Positions 1-10,883 of a DNA stretch of 64,000 nt are shown in pieces. The stretch's first letter is position 1. Every line of letters starts with the position of its first letter. A program made the translations under genes and the position numbers. Under the pieces are notes generated by a model that searched no databases, was not told where the DNA came from, and worked only from the letters and a program-made list of their open reading frames with translations. This stretch comes from an uncultured Alphaproteobacteria bacterium (GTDB lineage: Bacteria > Pseudomonadota > Alphaproteobacteria > Rhizobiales > Beijerinckiaceae): assembly GCA_963699065.1 (NCBI GenBank), contig CAVOTE010000003.1, forward strand, positions 598,597 through 662,596, read 5' to 3'.

Positions 1-1221
1 AACTTTCCCTGGAATCTGTCCGGCACGTACGTGCAATGCATGCCCTACATCTTCTCGCGTGACTCGCGGGGAAACGAGCGAAATTTCCTGGCCGACTATT
101 ACCGCACCACGCAGGAGCTTGCTTCCAACATCTTCCGCAAAGGCTACCAGTGGCCGTTCCACGCCACGCGCATGCTGGCGTTCGGTTCGAGCCTGCTCGA
201 TCTCGCTGTCGCCCGCGAGACGCAGGCGGGGCGTAAGGTCTTCATGGACTTCAATCGCAACCCGCTTCCCGTGCCCGGAGACGCAGACTTCAGCCTCGAG
301 CGCCTCGATGACGACGTTCGGAGCTACCTGGCTAACGCCGGCGCGCTCCTCGAAGCGCCGCTTGATCGTCTGCGCAAGATGAACCCGCTCTCGATCGAAC
401 TCTACCAGCGATACAAATACGACATTAGCCGCGATCCGCTCGAGTTCGCGGTCTTGAACCAGCACATGAACGGGGGTCTGGCGATCGACACCTGGGGGCA
501 GACGAACCTGAGTGGGTTTTACGCCGTCGGCGAGGCCGCCGGAACCCATGGCGTGACGAGGCCGGGCGGCGCAGCGCTGAATGCAGGTCAGGTTTTCGGC
601 ACGCGTTGCGCCGAGCATATTGCGGCAAGCCGGAGGCCTCGCAAGGCGACCGAGCCCGAACTAGTCGTCGAGGAGGCCGTCACGGCGTTGCTCGGCGCCC
701 TGCGGACCGACAGCGCGCTGAAGCTGGCCGCCATCCGCAAGGAGGTCCAGGACCGGATGAGCGACCACGCCGGGATCCTTTGCAGGGCGAAGGACGTCAG
801 CGCCGCGGCGGAGGCGGCGCATGCCTTGAACGAATCGATCCGTCAACAGGGCATAGCCTTCGACGGCGCCAACGAGGCGCTTCGGGCGTTTCAGTGGCGC
901 CAGAGCGCCATTGCGTCTGAAGCCGTACTCACGGCGCTGGCCTTCTACCTCGATCGTGGCGGCGGAAGTCGTGGCGCGCGCACGGTTTGCGACCCGAATG
1001 GCGATCGGACTCCTGAGGCCCGGACCGGGCCGCTCCATGACGTCCGCTTCGTTTCCGAACGCGAGAAGGATCGCAGCGAACAAATCCTCGTTCGCCTTCG
1101 CGACGGCAAGTTCGTCTGTGAGCCGCGGCCTATTCGTCAGAGAGATCGCGACGATCGGCCGTTCTTCGAGCGCAACTGGCCGGACTATCTCACGGGCGCC
1201 ATCCATGACTCGGCAGTTTGA
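1..1221 (+). CDS. FAD-dependent oxidoreductase (succinate dehydrogenase/fumarate reductase flavoprotein-like), 5'-partial
   Basis: Frame is open from base 1. Motifs QHMNGGLAID, GFYAVGEAAGTHGVTRPGGAAL and late GGSRGA are typical of the SdhA/FrdA/NadB flavoprotein C-terminal half. Confidence 0.75.
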   Translation, partial: NFPWNLSGTYVQCMPYIFSRDSRGNERNFLADYYRTTQELASNIFRKGYQWPFHATRMLAFGSSLLDLAVARETQAGRKVFMDFNRNPLPVPGDADFSLERLDDDVRSYLANAGALLEAPLDRLRKMNPLSIELYQRYKYDISRDPLEFAVLNQHMNGGLAIDTWGQTNLSGFYAVGEAAGTHGVTRPGGAALNAGQVFGTRCAEHIAASRRPRKATEPELVVEEAVTALLGALRTDSALKLAAIRKEVQDRMSDHAGILCRAKDVSAAAEAAHALNESIRQQGIAFDGANEALRAFQWRQSAIASEAVLTALAFYLDRGGGSRGARTVCDPNGDRTPEARTGPLHDVRFVSEREKDRSEQILVRLRDGKFVCEPRPIRQRDRDDRPFFERNWPDYLTGAIHDSAV

Positions 1222-1316
1222 TTTCGGCCCCTGAAGAGGCCCTCATTCGCTTTCGCGCCGCCGTCGAAAACGACATGACGACGCGCTGAAGGACCGACAT
1301 CAAAAAGGACAACGAA

Positions 1317-1430
1317 ATGCTGATGCGTCTGGCCTTCTTCGAAGGCGCAATCCCTCCTCGGATGCGAAGATCGAGCGGACGACAGCGCGCGTCGCTTCCC
1401 GATGGTGCTGGAGATTGCCTATCGACCGGG
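1317..1430 (+). pseudogene. Remnant of a small hypothetical (possibly EthD-like) protein
   Basis: AAGGA RBS then MLMRLAFFEGAI; a second frame gives ADDSARRFPMVLEIAY. Looks internally deleted. Family recalled from memory only. Confidence 0.25.
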
Positions 1431-1456
1431 CTCGGAGCCTCGAAGGCTCTTCGCCC

Positions 1457-3205
1457 TCACAGGTCGACGACGACGTCGCCAACCGGAAGCGAGCAGCAAA
1501 TGAGAAGGTTGCCCGTCGCCGGCAGATCTAGAGGCTGAGGCAGGTAGGCGACCTCTCCCGAGACGAGACCGCTCTCGCAATTGTGGCAGACGCCGGTCCG
1601 GCATGCCCAGCGCACCGGGACGTCGCACGCCTCGGCGAGTTCCAGCATGCTTCCGTAGGCCGACGGATTCCAGTGGGCGGCGACGCCGCTGCGCGCGAAC
1701 GAGACGAGCGGACCGGTTTCGAGGTCGGCCGGCGGCCGATGCGGCGGCTTCCTCACAGCGCCGACGACGCCCGGCGTCGACGACTCGCCGCCGCTGAAGA
1801 TCTCGACATGAACGCGGTCCGGCGTCACGCCGACCTCCGCCAGGGCCGCCCTCATGTCGGCCATGAAGCGGTTCGGGCCGCACAGGTAGACGTCGGCGTC
1901 CCGCGTCAACCCGACTGTCTCGAACGCCGTCCGCGAGAGATGTCCGGAGACGTCGAAGTCCGTTCCAGGCCGGTCGTCGACATTGGGCCGGCTGAACACA
2001 ACATAGCTGCGGCCGTGGGCGAGATCCGACAGGAGTCGCCGAACCTCGGCGGCGAACGGAAAGTGCCTTCCGTCGCGTGCGGCGTGGAGCCACAGAACCG
2101 GGCGCGTGGAATACGCCGATGCGAGGGCGTGGAGCATGGCAAGGACCGGCGTCGCCCCGATCCCCGCGCTCACCAGCGCCAACGGCCCCTCGCCGGGTTG
2201 CAGGACAAAACTCCCGCGCGGCGCGCTGACGTCGAGACTATCGCCCACCCGCACGTGGTCCCTTAGGATGGCGCCGCCTACGCCGTCGGGCTCGATCTTC
2301 ACGCTGAGCCGATAGCGATCCGTCGAGACCGGCCCGGAAAGCGAGTAGCTGCGAAACAGCGGCGCGCCGCCGACGGTTCGAAGGCGCAGCACGACGTATT
2401 GGCCTGGCAGCGCTTCGATCAGCGGCTCGCCGTCAGCGCGCTCTATCGTCAGCGACACGACATCGGCCGATTCCCGGTCGATCGCCATCACCTTCAGCGA
2501 CCGGAATCCGGGCGCGGCCGGGCGCCCGGCCGAGGTCGGCGCAAGTCCTGCATTGCCGTCCGACCGACTGCTGAGCAGCGCGACGAAAGATTTCCGCCAG
2601 CCGGGTGAGAGCGCCGCGATGCGCGACGCGCGTTCCAGCCGATCGCGTGGATGGCGCGGGGAATAGAGCAGCGCGTTGACCTCGGCGACCGACATCCTCG
2701 CCTCGTCCTCCCCGACCTTCACGATCTCGTCGCCGGCGCCGACTTCGCCCTCCTCCAGGACGCGGAAATAGAAGCCGGGTCGCCCGCTGGAGGTCAGGAG
2801 CGCCGGCATTTGCGGCTCGTTCATGCGAATGCCGACGCGATAGCAGGTGACCCTGGGCGCTGCGACCTCGAACAGGGCCCCGCCGATCCGATAGCGATCG
2901 CCAATGCAGACGCCGTCGTCAGGCAAATCTTCGACCGTGAAGTTCTCGCCAAACTGTCCGTGGACGAAGTCGGTCCGACCGAGCTGTTCCTGCCAATAAC
3001 GGTAGGACTCGATCTGGTAGACGAAGACCGCACGATTCTCCCCGCCGTGTCCGGCAAGATCGCCCTGGCCGTCTCCCTCGACATTCAGCCGGCCGACGCG
3101 GCGGCGCCCCTTCACCGGATCTTTCCAGATGCCGGTGCGTACCGTCATGCCCCTCCACACGATGTCGCGTGGCAGACCGACATTGACCGACAGCAAGCGC
3201 GCCAT
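1457..3205 (-). CDS. MOSC (YiiM-type) + 3-alpha + FAD/NAD-binding reductase + 2Fe-2S ferredoxin fusion
   Basis: MOSC motifs GDGQGDLAGHGG, GQFGENFT, PRVTCYR, RPGFYFRVLEEG; FNR motifs RSYSLS, AGIGATP, YLCGP; C-terminal CRTGVCHNC...C ferredoxin. Confidence 0.9.
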   Translation of the reverse strand: MARLLSVNVGLPRDIVWRGMTVRTGIWKDPVKGRRRVGRLNVEGDGQGDLAGHGGENRAVFVYQIESYRYWQEQLGRTDFVHGQFGENFTVEDLPDDGVCIGDRYRIGGALFEVAAPRVTCYRVGIRMNEPQMPALLTSSGRPGFYFRVLEEGEVGAGDEIVKVGEDEARMSVAEVNALLYSPRHPRDRLERASRIAALSPGWRKSFVALLSSRSDGNAGLAPTSAGRPAAPGFRSLKVMAIDRESADVVSLTIERADGEPLIEALPGQYVVLRLRTVGGAPLFRSYSLSGPVSTDRYRLSVKIEPDGVGGAILRDHVRVGDSLDVSAPRGSFVLQPGEGPLALVSAGIGATPVLAMLHALASAYSTRPVLWLHAARDGRHFPFAAEVRRLLSDLAHGRSYVVFSRPNVDDRPGTDFDVSGHLSRTAFETVGLTRDADVYLCGPNRFMADMRAALAEVGVTPDRVHVEIFSGGESSTPGVVGAVRKPPHRPPADLETGPLVSFARSGVAAHWNPSAYGSMLELAEACDVPVRWACRTGVCHNCESGLVSGEVAYLPQPLDLPATGNLLICCSLPVGDVVVDL

Positions 3206-3600
3206 GGTCTCAGCCCGGGATGCGCGGTCCGCCGGACCGGGCGCCTCTGGCGCCGAACGTTCCCGAACCCGACCGGAGTGGCGTCGCCCTGATCAGAGCG
3301 AAGCAGATCGCCGCCGGCATGATACGGGCTGCCGGGTTCGACATTGCGTCCACGGGACCCTCCTTGCGCGTTCGTGAGAGGCCAGTCCGCCCTTCGGCCG
3401 TCAGTAGACGATGGCGTTGTCAAGACTATGGTGCCGGGACCGGCGTCGCGCGTTCATACACGAGGGCCGGCGAAGCAATGCGCCGGGCGTCGCGCAGCTC
3501 AATTGTGACGCTCTCAGCGCACTCGCCAAGGTGCCGTAAGAACGCCAGGGTCCGGTCCTTTGTCTTCTTCTAGGCAAGCAGTGCGAGAGTACAGAGACCC

Positions 3601-4302
3601 TTAGAAGGTTTCGACCCACGGTCGCAGTTCGACCTCCCAACTCCAGGCGCTGCGTGGCTGGGACAGCACGGCAAGGTAGCTCTGGGCGATTGCGTCGGGG
3701 TCCAACGTGCTGTCGGGCCGCCCCTGGGGATCGTGGCGGGAAGGGCTGCGCACAGCTCCATCAATGACGAAATGCGCAACATGGATGCCCTGCGGCGCTA
3801 ACTCTCGCGCCGCGCTCTGGGCAAGGCCGCGCAGAGCGAACTTGCCCATGGCGAAGCTGGACGAGAGCGCGAACCCCTTGACGCTCGCCGATGCGCCAGT
3901 GAGGAGAATGGCGCCGCGACGCCTGGGAGTCATACGGATCGCCGCCTGCTGGGTAACAAGAAAGGCGCCAAAGGCGGACACCTCGATCGCCTCGCGCACC
4001 GCGTCCGGATCAAGTTCGGTGAGCGACCCGCGCACGCGGCCGCTGGCGTTGTAGACAACAACATCCGGCGGCCCGAGATCAGCATCGACTTGTTCGAACA
4101 GACGTGCGACCGCCGTGGGGCTGGTCGCGTCGACGCTGTAGGTTTTCGCCCCGATCTCATCCGCCAGCGACCTGAGCTTCTGGGCGTTGCGTGCGCCGAG
4201 GCCGATTTTCAGTCCGACCCCCGCCAGCGCCCGCGCGACGGACGCGCTGATCCCAGGCCCCGCGCCGACGATCAAGGCGGTTCGATAGGCAAGGTCGGTC
4301 AT
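3601..4302 (-). CDS. Short-chain dehydrogenase/reductase
   Basis: GAGPGIS Rossmann motif, YNAS, TGASASVKG, FAMGKFALRGLAQS, HVAHFVIDG. Confidence 0.9.
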   Translation of the reverse strand: MTDLAYRTALIVGAGPGISASVARALAGVGLKIGLGARNAQKLRSLADEIGAKTYSVDATSPTAVARLFEQVDADLGPPDVVVYNASGRVRGSLTELDPDAVREAIEVSAFGAFLVTQQAAIRMTPRRRGAILLTGASASVKGFALSSSFAMGKFALRGLAQSAARELAPQGIHVAHFVIDGAVRSPSRHDPQGRPDSTLDPDAIAQSYLAVLSQPRSAWSWEVELRPWVETF

Positions 4303-4345
4303 GGCGTACTCGCTTTCCGGCGACGACGTTTCTGCTCCTCGGGCG

Positions 4346-4460
4346 TCACGCTGGCCCGATTCTCCGGCTCGCGGCGGTCACCGCCAAGCCGCGCTGAACA
4401 GCCGGCCGCGCCGAAAGCTCATCGAACCAAAGTTGCACATAGCGGAGTCGATTCCTTGCC
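4346..4460 (-). pseudogene. Glutathione S-transferase C-terminal fragment
   Basis: YVQLWFDELSARPAVQRGLAV matches the last helix of bacterial GSTs; no N-terminal part present. Confidence 0.5.
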
Positions 4461-4632
4461 GTCGTCGGCCGACATTCAAGGCTAGGACACAATGTCGGCG
4501 ATCGAATGTTCGTCGCCGGGGATTGTTCGCGACGCCGTGCTGCTGGCGTCGCGGGCGCCGCCGCTCCTACGTATTTTGCCGTGCATCGGCCATCGCTCCG
4601 CGCGCAACATCGGCGGCCGTCGCTCGCCCGTC

Positions 4633-5802
4633 TCAAAACGCGAGCGGGAACGACAATCTGGTTCGCGTGCCCTTCTCGACTCGATCGCGCTGCACGCGAC
4701 CGGCAAGCTGTCGGGCGAAGGCGTCGATAAGCTTGAGTCCAAGGCCGCCATCGCGCGATGGTCCCATGCCCTTGCCGTTGTCCTCGACCATGACGCAGGC
4801 TTCGCCGGTTTCAGAATCCGTGTTAAAGACCACCCGGATAAGACCCTCGCGGCTGTCCTCGAAGGCATACTTCAATGCGTTCGTCACAAGCTCATTGACG
4901 ATCAGGCCAGCCGGCACCGCCCGGTCGAGCGGCAAGGTCGCGGCGCTCGCCTCCACCTCGACAGTCACCCCTGCATTATGGGGATCGATGTTGGCGCACA
5001 GAGATCGTAGATAATCACCGAAATCGACATGGCTCATGCCCTCGGTCAGCGAGAGTTGATCGTGAGCCAGCGCGATGGCGTGCATCCGCTCCATCACGCT
5101 GGCGAAGCTGTTCTTGCTGTCCTCTGTTTTCGCGTTGCGCCGTTGGAGCGCAAGGAACGCGATGACGGTCTGGAAATTGTTCTTTGTCCGATGCTGCAAC
5201 TCGCGCACCATGGTCTTCCAGACAGCCTCGGTCTTCGTGTGTTCCTGAGCGGCCAGGAGCGCTTTCTGTTCGACCTCGTAGCGCGCCAGCGCCGCGCCGA
5301 TCATGTTCGCGCAAGTCGTGAGAAAGCCCGCATCGCTCTCGTCGAAGGCCCACGGCTCTTGGGAATCGACCTCCAGTACGCCCCAGCTCTGCCCGTCGAT
5401 CGTTATGGGCACGTTGACGAGCGAGACAATGCCGTGATCGCGCAACAGACCTGAAAGGCGATATTCGGGGTCATTCGGCAGGTCTTCGATGATGATCGGA
5501 GAGCCGGTCTGGATCGAGCGGCCAGGAGGAGAAGCGCTGTCGCCAGGCAGGGTCGCAGCGCCGACCACTCCTGGCTTCCAGCCGACCCCTGCGACAACAA
5601 GGAGATCGACGCTGCTCGGACGGTACCGGAGGACCTTCACCCGTTTGATATGCGTGACGCGGGAGACCTGCGCGCAAGCGTGCTGCATCAATCGCTGGGG
5701 CGGCGCCGCTTCGGTGGCGACCCGACTGAATGCAGCAACGGCCTTTTGATACTCCAAGACGCGCGCGAGCTTCGCCTCGGTGTTCGATCCGATATTCGAC
5801 AT
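4633..5802 (-). CDS. GAF-domain sensor histidine kinase (HisKA_2/HWE-type)
   Basis: N-terminal GAF (SLVNVPI...WGVLEVDS), H-box RELQHRTKNNFQ, NELVTNALKYAF, VEDNGKG, GLGLKLI, GTR. Confidence 0.9.
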   Translation of the reverse strand: MSNIGSNTEAKLARVLEYQKAVAAFSRVATEAAPPQRLMQHACAQVSRVTHIKRVKVLRYRPSSVDLLVVAGVGWKPGVVGAATLPGDSASPPGRSIQTGSPIIIEDLPNDPEYRLSGLLRDHGIVSLVNVPITIDGQSWGVLEVDSQEPWAFDESDAGFLTTCANMIGAALARYEVEQKALLAAQEHTKTEAVWKTMVRELQHRTKNNFQTVIAFLALQRRNAKTEDSKNSFASVMERMHAIALAHDQLSLTEGMSHVDFGDYLRSLCANIDPHNAGVTVEVEASAATLPLDRAVPAGLIVNELVTNALKYAFEDSREGLIRVVFNTDSETGEACVMVEDNGKGMGPSRDGGLGLKLIDAFARQLAGRVQRDRVEKGTRTRLSFPLAF

Positions 5803-6195
5803 AGATCCCAACGTCGTTTCGAGCCGGCTATGAAACGAGTGAACGCTCCCAAATGTTCAGTGCGGCGCCATTCGACCGGTCGGAGGGTGCGTTGTCGCAG
5901 AATTTGGAAGCCTCGTGTCGGATAAACTTCGCGGCCTTTCTGCGCGTCGTTCGGCCTCATTCGGCGATCGAACGCTGTCGTGGGCGATAGCCGCAAGACC
6001 GCTCGCGCACCGTGGACAGCCGCGTTGCTGCAAGAGCGGTCCGATAGCGAGGATGCGTCGATTCCATCCCCCGCAGATAATGGTCGCGGCGCCTTTTCCA
6101 TCGTTCCTGAGGCAGGGGGAGGAACGGAAACTCAGGATGATCGAGGAAAGAGCAATGCGTCCGCCTCGATTGCCCGGAGTGATGACGGCTTTCCA

Positions 6196-7022
6196 TCAGC
6201 GCAGCGTGCCAAACGAAAGCCCGCGCACGAGATATTTCTGCAGGGCGAATGCGAGGATCACAACCGGCAGCGCGCCTAGGGTTGCAATTGCGGCGATGTC
6301 GCCCCCAGAGCACGTCGTGCCCCTCCATCAGGACCGGCAGGATAAAGGGCAGGGTCGTGACGTCGGCGCGGGTGAGGATCACCGCGAAGAAGAATTCGTT
6401 CCACGAGAAGATGAAGGCGAGCAGCGCGACCGCGAGAATGGCGGGCCTCGCCATCGGGACGGCGATCTCCCAGAAGGCGCGCCAGCGCGTCGCGCCGTTG
6501 ACCATCGCCGAATCCTCCATGTCGCGCGGTATGTCTTCGAAGAAGCTCTTCAGCACCCAGGCGATGAACGGGACGTTGAAGACCGTGTATTGAAGGATTA
6601 ACGCGGTATAGCTATCGAGCAGACCGAGCCATGACCAGAGCAGGTACATTGGGATCGCCACCGCGACCGGCGGCATGAAAAGAATGCTGAGAACGGTGAA
6701 GGACAGATTGTCTCCACCCGTGCGGTACCTTCCGATCGCGTAGGCGGCAGGCACACCCAGAAGCAGCGACAGGAGCGTGGACAGCGACGAGACGATCAGG
6801 CTGTCGTTCGAGTCCCTTGAGGCCGCCCCACTTGAAAAGCGCGTCGGTGAAGTTCGCCCAGTGGAGCTCCGAAGGAATGAAGACGGGCGGAGAATTGAGC
6901 CATTCGCCCGGGGGCTTGACCGCCGTGATCACCATCCACAGCACCGGGCCAAGGAAGACGAACAGCGCCAGCGCCAGCGCGAGGGCGCAAAGGGCGTCGG
7001 CGAGCGTATAGCGCCGCTTCAT
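6196..7022 (-). CDS. Carbohydrate ABC transporter permease (MalG-like), frameshifted
   Basis: MKRRYTLADALC start, EAA-loop DMEDSAMVNGA, FIFSWNEFFFA, end KYLVRGLSFGTLR; pieces lie in 3 frames. Confidence 0.85.
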
Positions 7023-7959
7023 TGCGCCGCCTCCCGTCCGCCGAGACCGGAGCGCCGGGTCAGCGTGATGAGCGCCTTGGCGAGAATGGCGACCACGATC
7101 AATTGCAGGATCGCCAGGGCCGAGGCGTATCCCAGATTGAAGTAGCGAAAGCCCTGGACGTAGGTGAAGAAAGGCCAGGTTTTCCGTCACCGCGCCAGGG
7201 CCGCCGGCGGTCAGCACGTAGATGATGTCGAACAGCTTTGAACGCCATCAGAATGCGCAGGATGAGGGCGATCCCTATGACCGGCCGCAGCAGAGGCAGA
7301 TAGATCCGCCAGACGATCTGCCATGCGGTTGATCCGTCCATGCGCGCGGCCTCGACGATGACGCTCGGCAGAGAACGGAGGCCAGCGAACAGCAACAGCG
7401 TCATGAACGGCGTCCATTGCCAGCAATCGACAAAGATCAGCGACGGCAGGGCGAGCGCGGGATCGGCGGTCCAGGTCGGCTGGCCCCAATGGAGCACGCC
7501 GAGAAAATAGTTGATTGGCCCAAACTGGTAATTGAAAAGCTGCGTCCATTGGAATGCGGCGACGGACCTGGAAATGATTGTGGGGATGAGCAGCATCGTG
7601 ACCAGCACATCCTGAAACTGACGCAGGCGGTTCAGCAACAGGGCGAGCGCCAGACCCACCGGGAATTGCACAAACAACACGCCGGCAATAAACCACAAGG
7701 TCACCTGGAGGCTGCTCCAGAAGAGCGCGTCGTGGAAGACCTTGCCGTAATTGGCGAACCCGACCCAGCGGTGCACGCCGGGGATCAGCAACTGATAGTT
7801 CTTGAACGAGACCGTGACCGCGTAGAACAGCGGGAAGATGCTGTTCGCCGCAAGCATTGCGAGCGTCGGCGCCATCATCAGCCAGCCGAGGCGCGACGCG
7901 CTGTCGGGCTCGTGGCGGCGGAGCGTCGCCGCAGGCGGTTTTGAAACATCGGCCATCAC
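7019..7959 (-). CDS. Carbohydrate ABC transporter permease (MalF-like), frameshifted near 3' end
   Basis: WVGFANY, DCWQWTPF, EAARMDG, TAGGPG; stop overlaps next start (ATGA). Confidence 0.85.
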
Positions 7960-8029
7960 TTCAGTGCGGGCGAACGAGTGCGCGACCGGCGCGAAATCGT
8001 CCGCCCTCTCCCGGTTTGGACAAAGGCGC

Positions 8030-9481
8030 CTAATACGCGAGGCCGACGTCCTTGAACGACTTCACCCACGCGGCGTAGGCCATCTTCTGGTGGTCTGGGT
8101 CCTCCGCCTGGGTGATGTTGTTCCACTCGCTGGCCGCAGCGTCCAAGGCCGCTTTTGGCGGCAGCGTGCCCGCCAGCGCCTGGCTGACATAGAGATCGAG
8201 GATGTCGAGATAGCGCGGCGCGCCCGGGATGCTGAGCTCGGGATAACCGTCCTTCAGGCCATCGCCAATCGCGTCGACATAGGACTTCGCCGCGGTCGCG
8301 TCCAAAGCCGGCTTGCCTTCGTGGTTCTTCATCGCCGCTTCAGGCGTAAGCGACGACTTGCGATAGGGGTCTTCGCCGCAGTCCGAATCGTAGAAGTACG
8401 TGACGTCCACATTGGGAAGCTGCATGTGCGCCGCGACCTTGTAGGCGTCCTCGGGGTTCTTGGAGAACGCCGACACCGCCATGACGCGGCTATAGGGCAT
8501 GTAGGTGCGCGTCGGACAGGCGGCGTAACCGCCCTTGCCCACGACCTTGCTCATCTTGGCGTCGCCCACCTTGAGGGCGAGATCGTTCCACTGCACGACC
8601 ATCGCGGTCGAGCCGTTGAGGAACGCCTCGTTGAGCTCCGGATAACCGATCTGAAGGATGTTCGGCGGCGCGTATTGCTTCTGCTTGACCAGCATCTCCA
8701 GCGCCTTGACGCCGACGTCGCTGTTGATCCCCGGCTTCATGTCGTCGGTGAACCAGTGGCCGCCGAGGCCGGCGAAGATGTTGACGAACCAGGCGTAGCA
8801 GAAGCCGCGCTGGGCGTAGAAGGCCGTGCCATACATATTCGGCGGCCGGGTGAAGAATTCGGCGATCTGCATGAACTGGTCCCAGTTCTTCGGCTGGCGC
8901 GAGGTCCCAGCCGTATTTCGCCTTGAAATTTTTCTGCTCGGTCGGATCGCCGAACAGGTCTGTGCGGTAGGTGACCTGCAGCATGTCGCCGTCGTACATC
9001 AGCGCGTAGAGCTTGCCGTCCCGCTTGATCACCGGATCGCGATAGACCGGCAGATAGTCGTCGAGCTGCGGATCGATCGAGTTTGGTATAATCGTCGAGT
9101 TCGCGCAGGAAGCCCAGGGCGACGAAATCGCCGAGGAAATAGGGCGGGAACACCAGGAGGTCGTAAGCCGACGAACGGGCAGTGAGTTCGGAGACAAGCT
9201 TCTCATACTGGCCGACGAACGGCAGGCCGATCAGCTTGAGGTCGACGCCGAACTGCTGCTTGATCGCATCCGCCTGCCAGTGGAACGGATTCTCGTTCTG
9301 TCCGGCGTCGATCTCGACGTTGACCGTGGTCGCCGCTAGGGCGCCGCGCTGGAAACGCCGCGCCGCCGAGCAGCGAGCCACTGGCGAGAGTGGTCGTCAA
9401 CGCGGCGCCCTCGCGCAGAAATCCCCTGCGGCTCAGCGGCTTGAATGCAAAATCGATCACACCCTTTTTACGCTCGTTCAT
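8030..9481 (-). CDS. Sugar ABC transporter substrate-binding protein with Tat signal, frameshifted
   Basis: SRRGFL twin-arginine motif; SBP segments (YALMYDGD, YRTDLF, FLNGSTAMVVQW) spread over the ORFs 9203-9502, 8737-9381, 8490-9206 and 8030-8872. Confidence 0.8.
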
Positions 9482-9548
9482 CACTTCCTCCTCGCTTTTC
9501 ATTGTTGTTCATCCTGCGCGTCGCCGGTCAGTCCCCGGCGCGGCAGGC

Positions 9549-10652
9549 TCATCTCATCGGCGCGGCCCGCGCCGACTGTCGTCCACCGCTCTCGCGGTCG
9601 AACACATGCAATTGGTCGGGCGCTACCGCCACCCACACCCTTGCGCCGGCGTCGAGGCGCGTCCGTCCGTCCAGGGAAACGTGGATGCGCTCGTCGCCAA
9701 GGCGCATGAGGCAGATCAATCGCTCCCCCTGAAATTGAACGGTCTCGATCGTGGCCGGCGAAGCGCCGGCCTCGGCATGCCGCAGGACCTCGACCATCTC
9801 GGGCCGAAAGCCGACGATCAGCTCTCGCGACGCGCCGGCCGCCTCGACCGAGCCGGCGGGAGCGGGCAGGGCGAATCCCTGACCCTGCAGCGTTGGCCCG
9901 TCTCCGTCATCCCGATAGCGGCAGGGGAGCAGATTCATGCGCAGCTGACCGATGAAGCCCGCAACGAACATATTGGCCGGCTTGAGATAAAGCTCATCAG
10001 GGGTCCCGCATTGCTGCAGGACCCCCTTGTGAAGGACGGCGATCCTGTCGGAGACGGCGAGCGCATCGAGCTGGTCGTGGGTCACCATGATGGTCGTGGC
10101 GCCCAGCTGTCGCTGTAGCCGCTGGATCTCGGTGCGGACTGTCTCGCGCAGGCTGGCGTCGAGATTGCTGATCGGTTCGTCGAGCAGGTAGAGGTTCGGT
10201 TTCTGCACGATCGCGCGGCCGATCGCCACCCGCTGCTGTTCGCCGCCGCTCACCTGCTGGATGCGCCTGTCGAGCAAATGCTCGATACCGAGAAGGCGGG
10301 CGGTCTCGGCCACGCGGGGCGCGATCTCTTCGTGGGAAGCGCGTCGCACCCGCAACGGATAAGCCAGGTTTTCGCGCACCGACAGATGCGGATAGAGCGC
10401 GTAGCCCTGGAACATCATGCCGATATGACGGTCGCGCGGCGACAGGCGCGAAATCTCGCGATCGCCGACGAAAATGTCGCCGTCGTCCAGCTCTTCGAGG
10501 CCTGCGATCATGCGCAAAAGCGTGGTCTTTCCGCTCCCGGAAGGTCCGAGCAGACACAGCAGCTCGCCGTCCATGACGTCGAGGTTGAAGCGGTCGAAAA
10601 GTTGCGCCGGGCCAAAGCGCTTGGCGATATTGCGCAATGACACTTTCGCCAA
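9549..10652 (-). CDS. Sugar ABC transporter ATP-binding protein (MalK/UgpC family)
   Basis: GPSGSGKT, VSGGEQQR, LLDEPISNLD, VTHDQ, C-terminal TOBE. GGAGG precedes TTG at 10652. Confidence 0.92.
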   Translation of the reverse strand: MAKVSLRNIAKRFGPAQLFDRFNLDVMDGELLCLLGPSGSGKTTLLRMIAGLEELDDGDIFVGDREISRLSPRDRHIGMMFQGYALYPHLSVRENLAYPLRVRRASHEEIAPRVAETARLLGIEHLLDRRIQQVSGGEQQRVAIGRAIVQKPNLYLLDEPISNLDASLRETVRTEIQRLQRQLGATTIMVTHDQLDALAVSDRIAVLHKGVLQQCGTPDELYLKPANMFVAGFIGQLRMNLLPCRYRDDGDGPTLQGQGFALPAPAGSVEAAGASRELIVGFRPEMVEVLRHAEAGASPATIETVQFQGERLICLMRLGDERIHVSLDGRTRLDAGARVWVAVAPDQLHVFDRESGGRQSARAAPMR

Positions 10653-10883
10653 TCCCGCGCCTCCTCCCGATCCGTCGCCTGAACGTCCCTCTATCGGGCC
10701 GTCGGGCGTGTCCTTCCGTCGATAGTTAACGCGGAAGATTGAGGGCATCATATTCGGATTGCGCGCCGTTTCCAGCCCTGTCACACTTCCGGCGGCGCGC
10801 GCGACGTGCGCGACGCGCCCGGGCTGAATCGATCGAGGCCATGCCGCCGTCTTCGATCATCAGTCAGCACAGGGAGGCAATAC

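Noticed and set aside
1457-3205. MOSC-reductase-ferredoxin fusion as a novel architecture
   Set aside because: A known, widespread fusion family.
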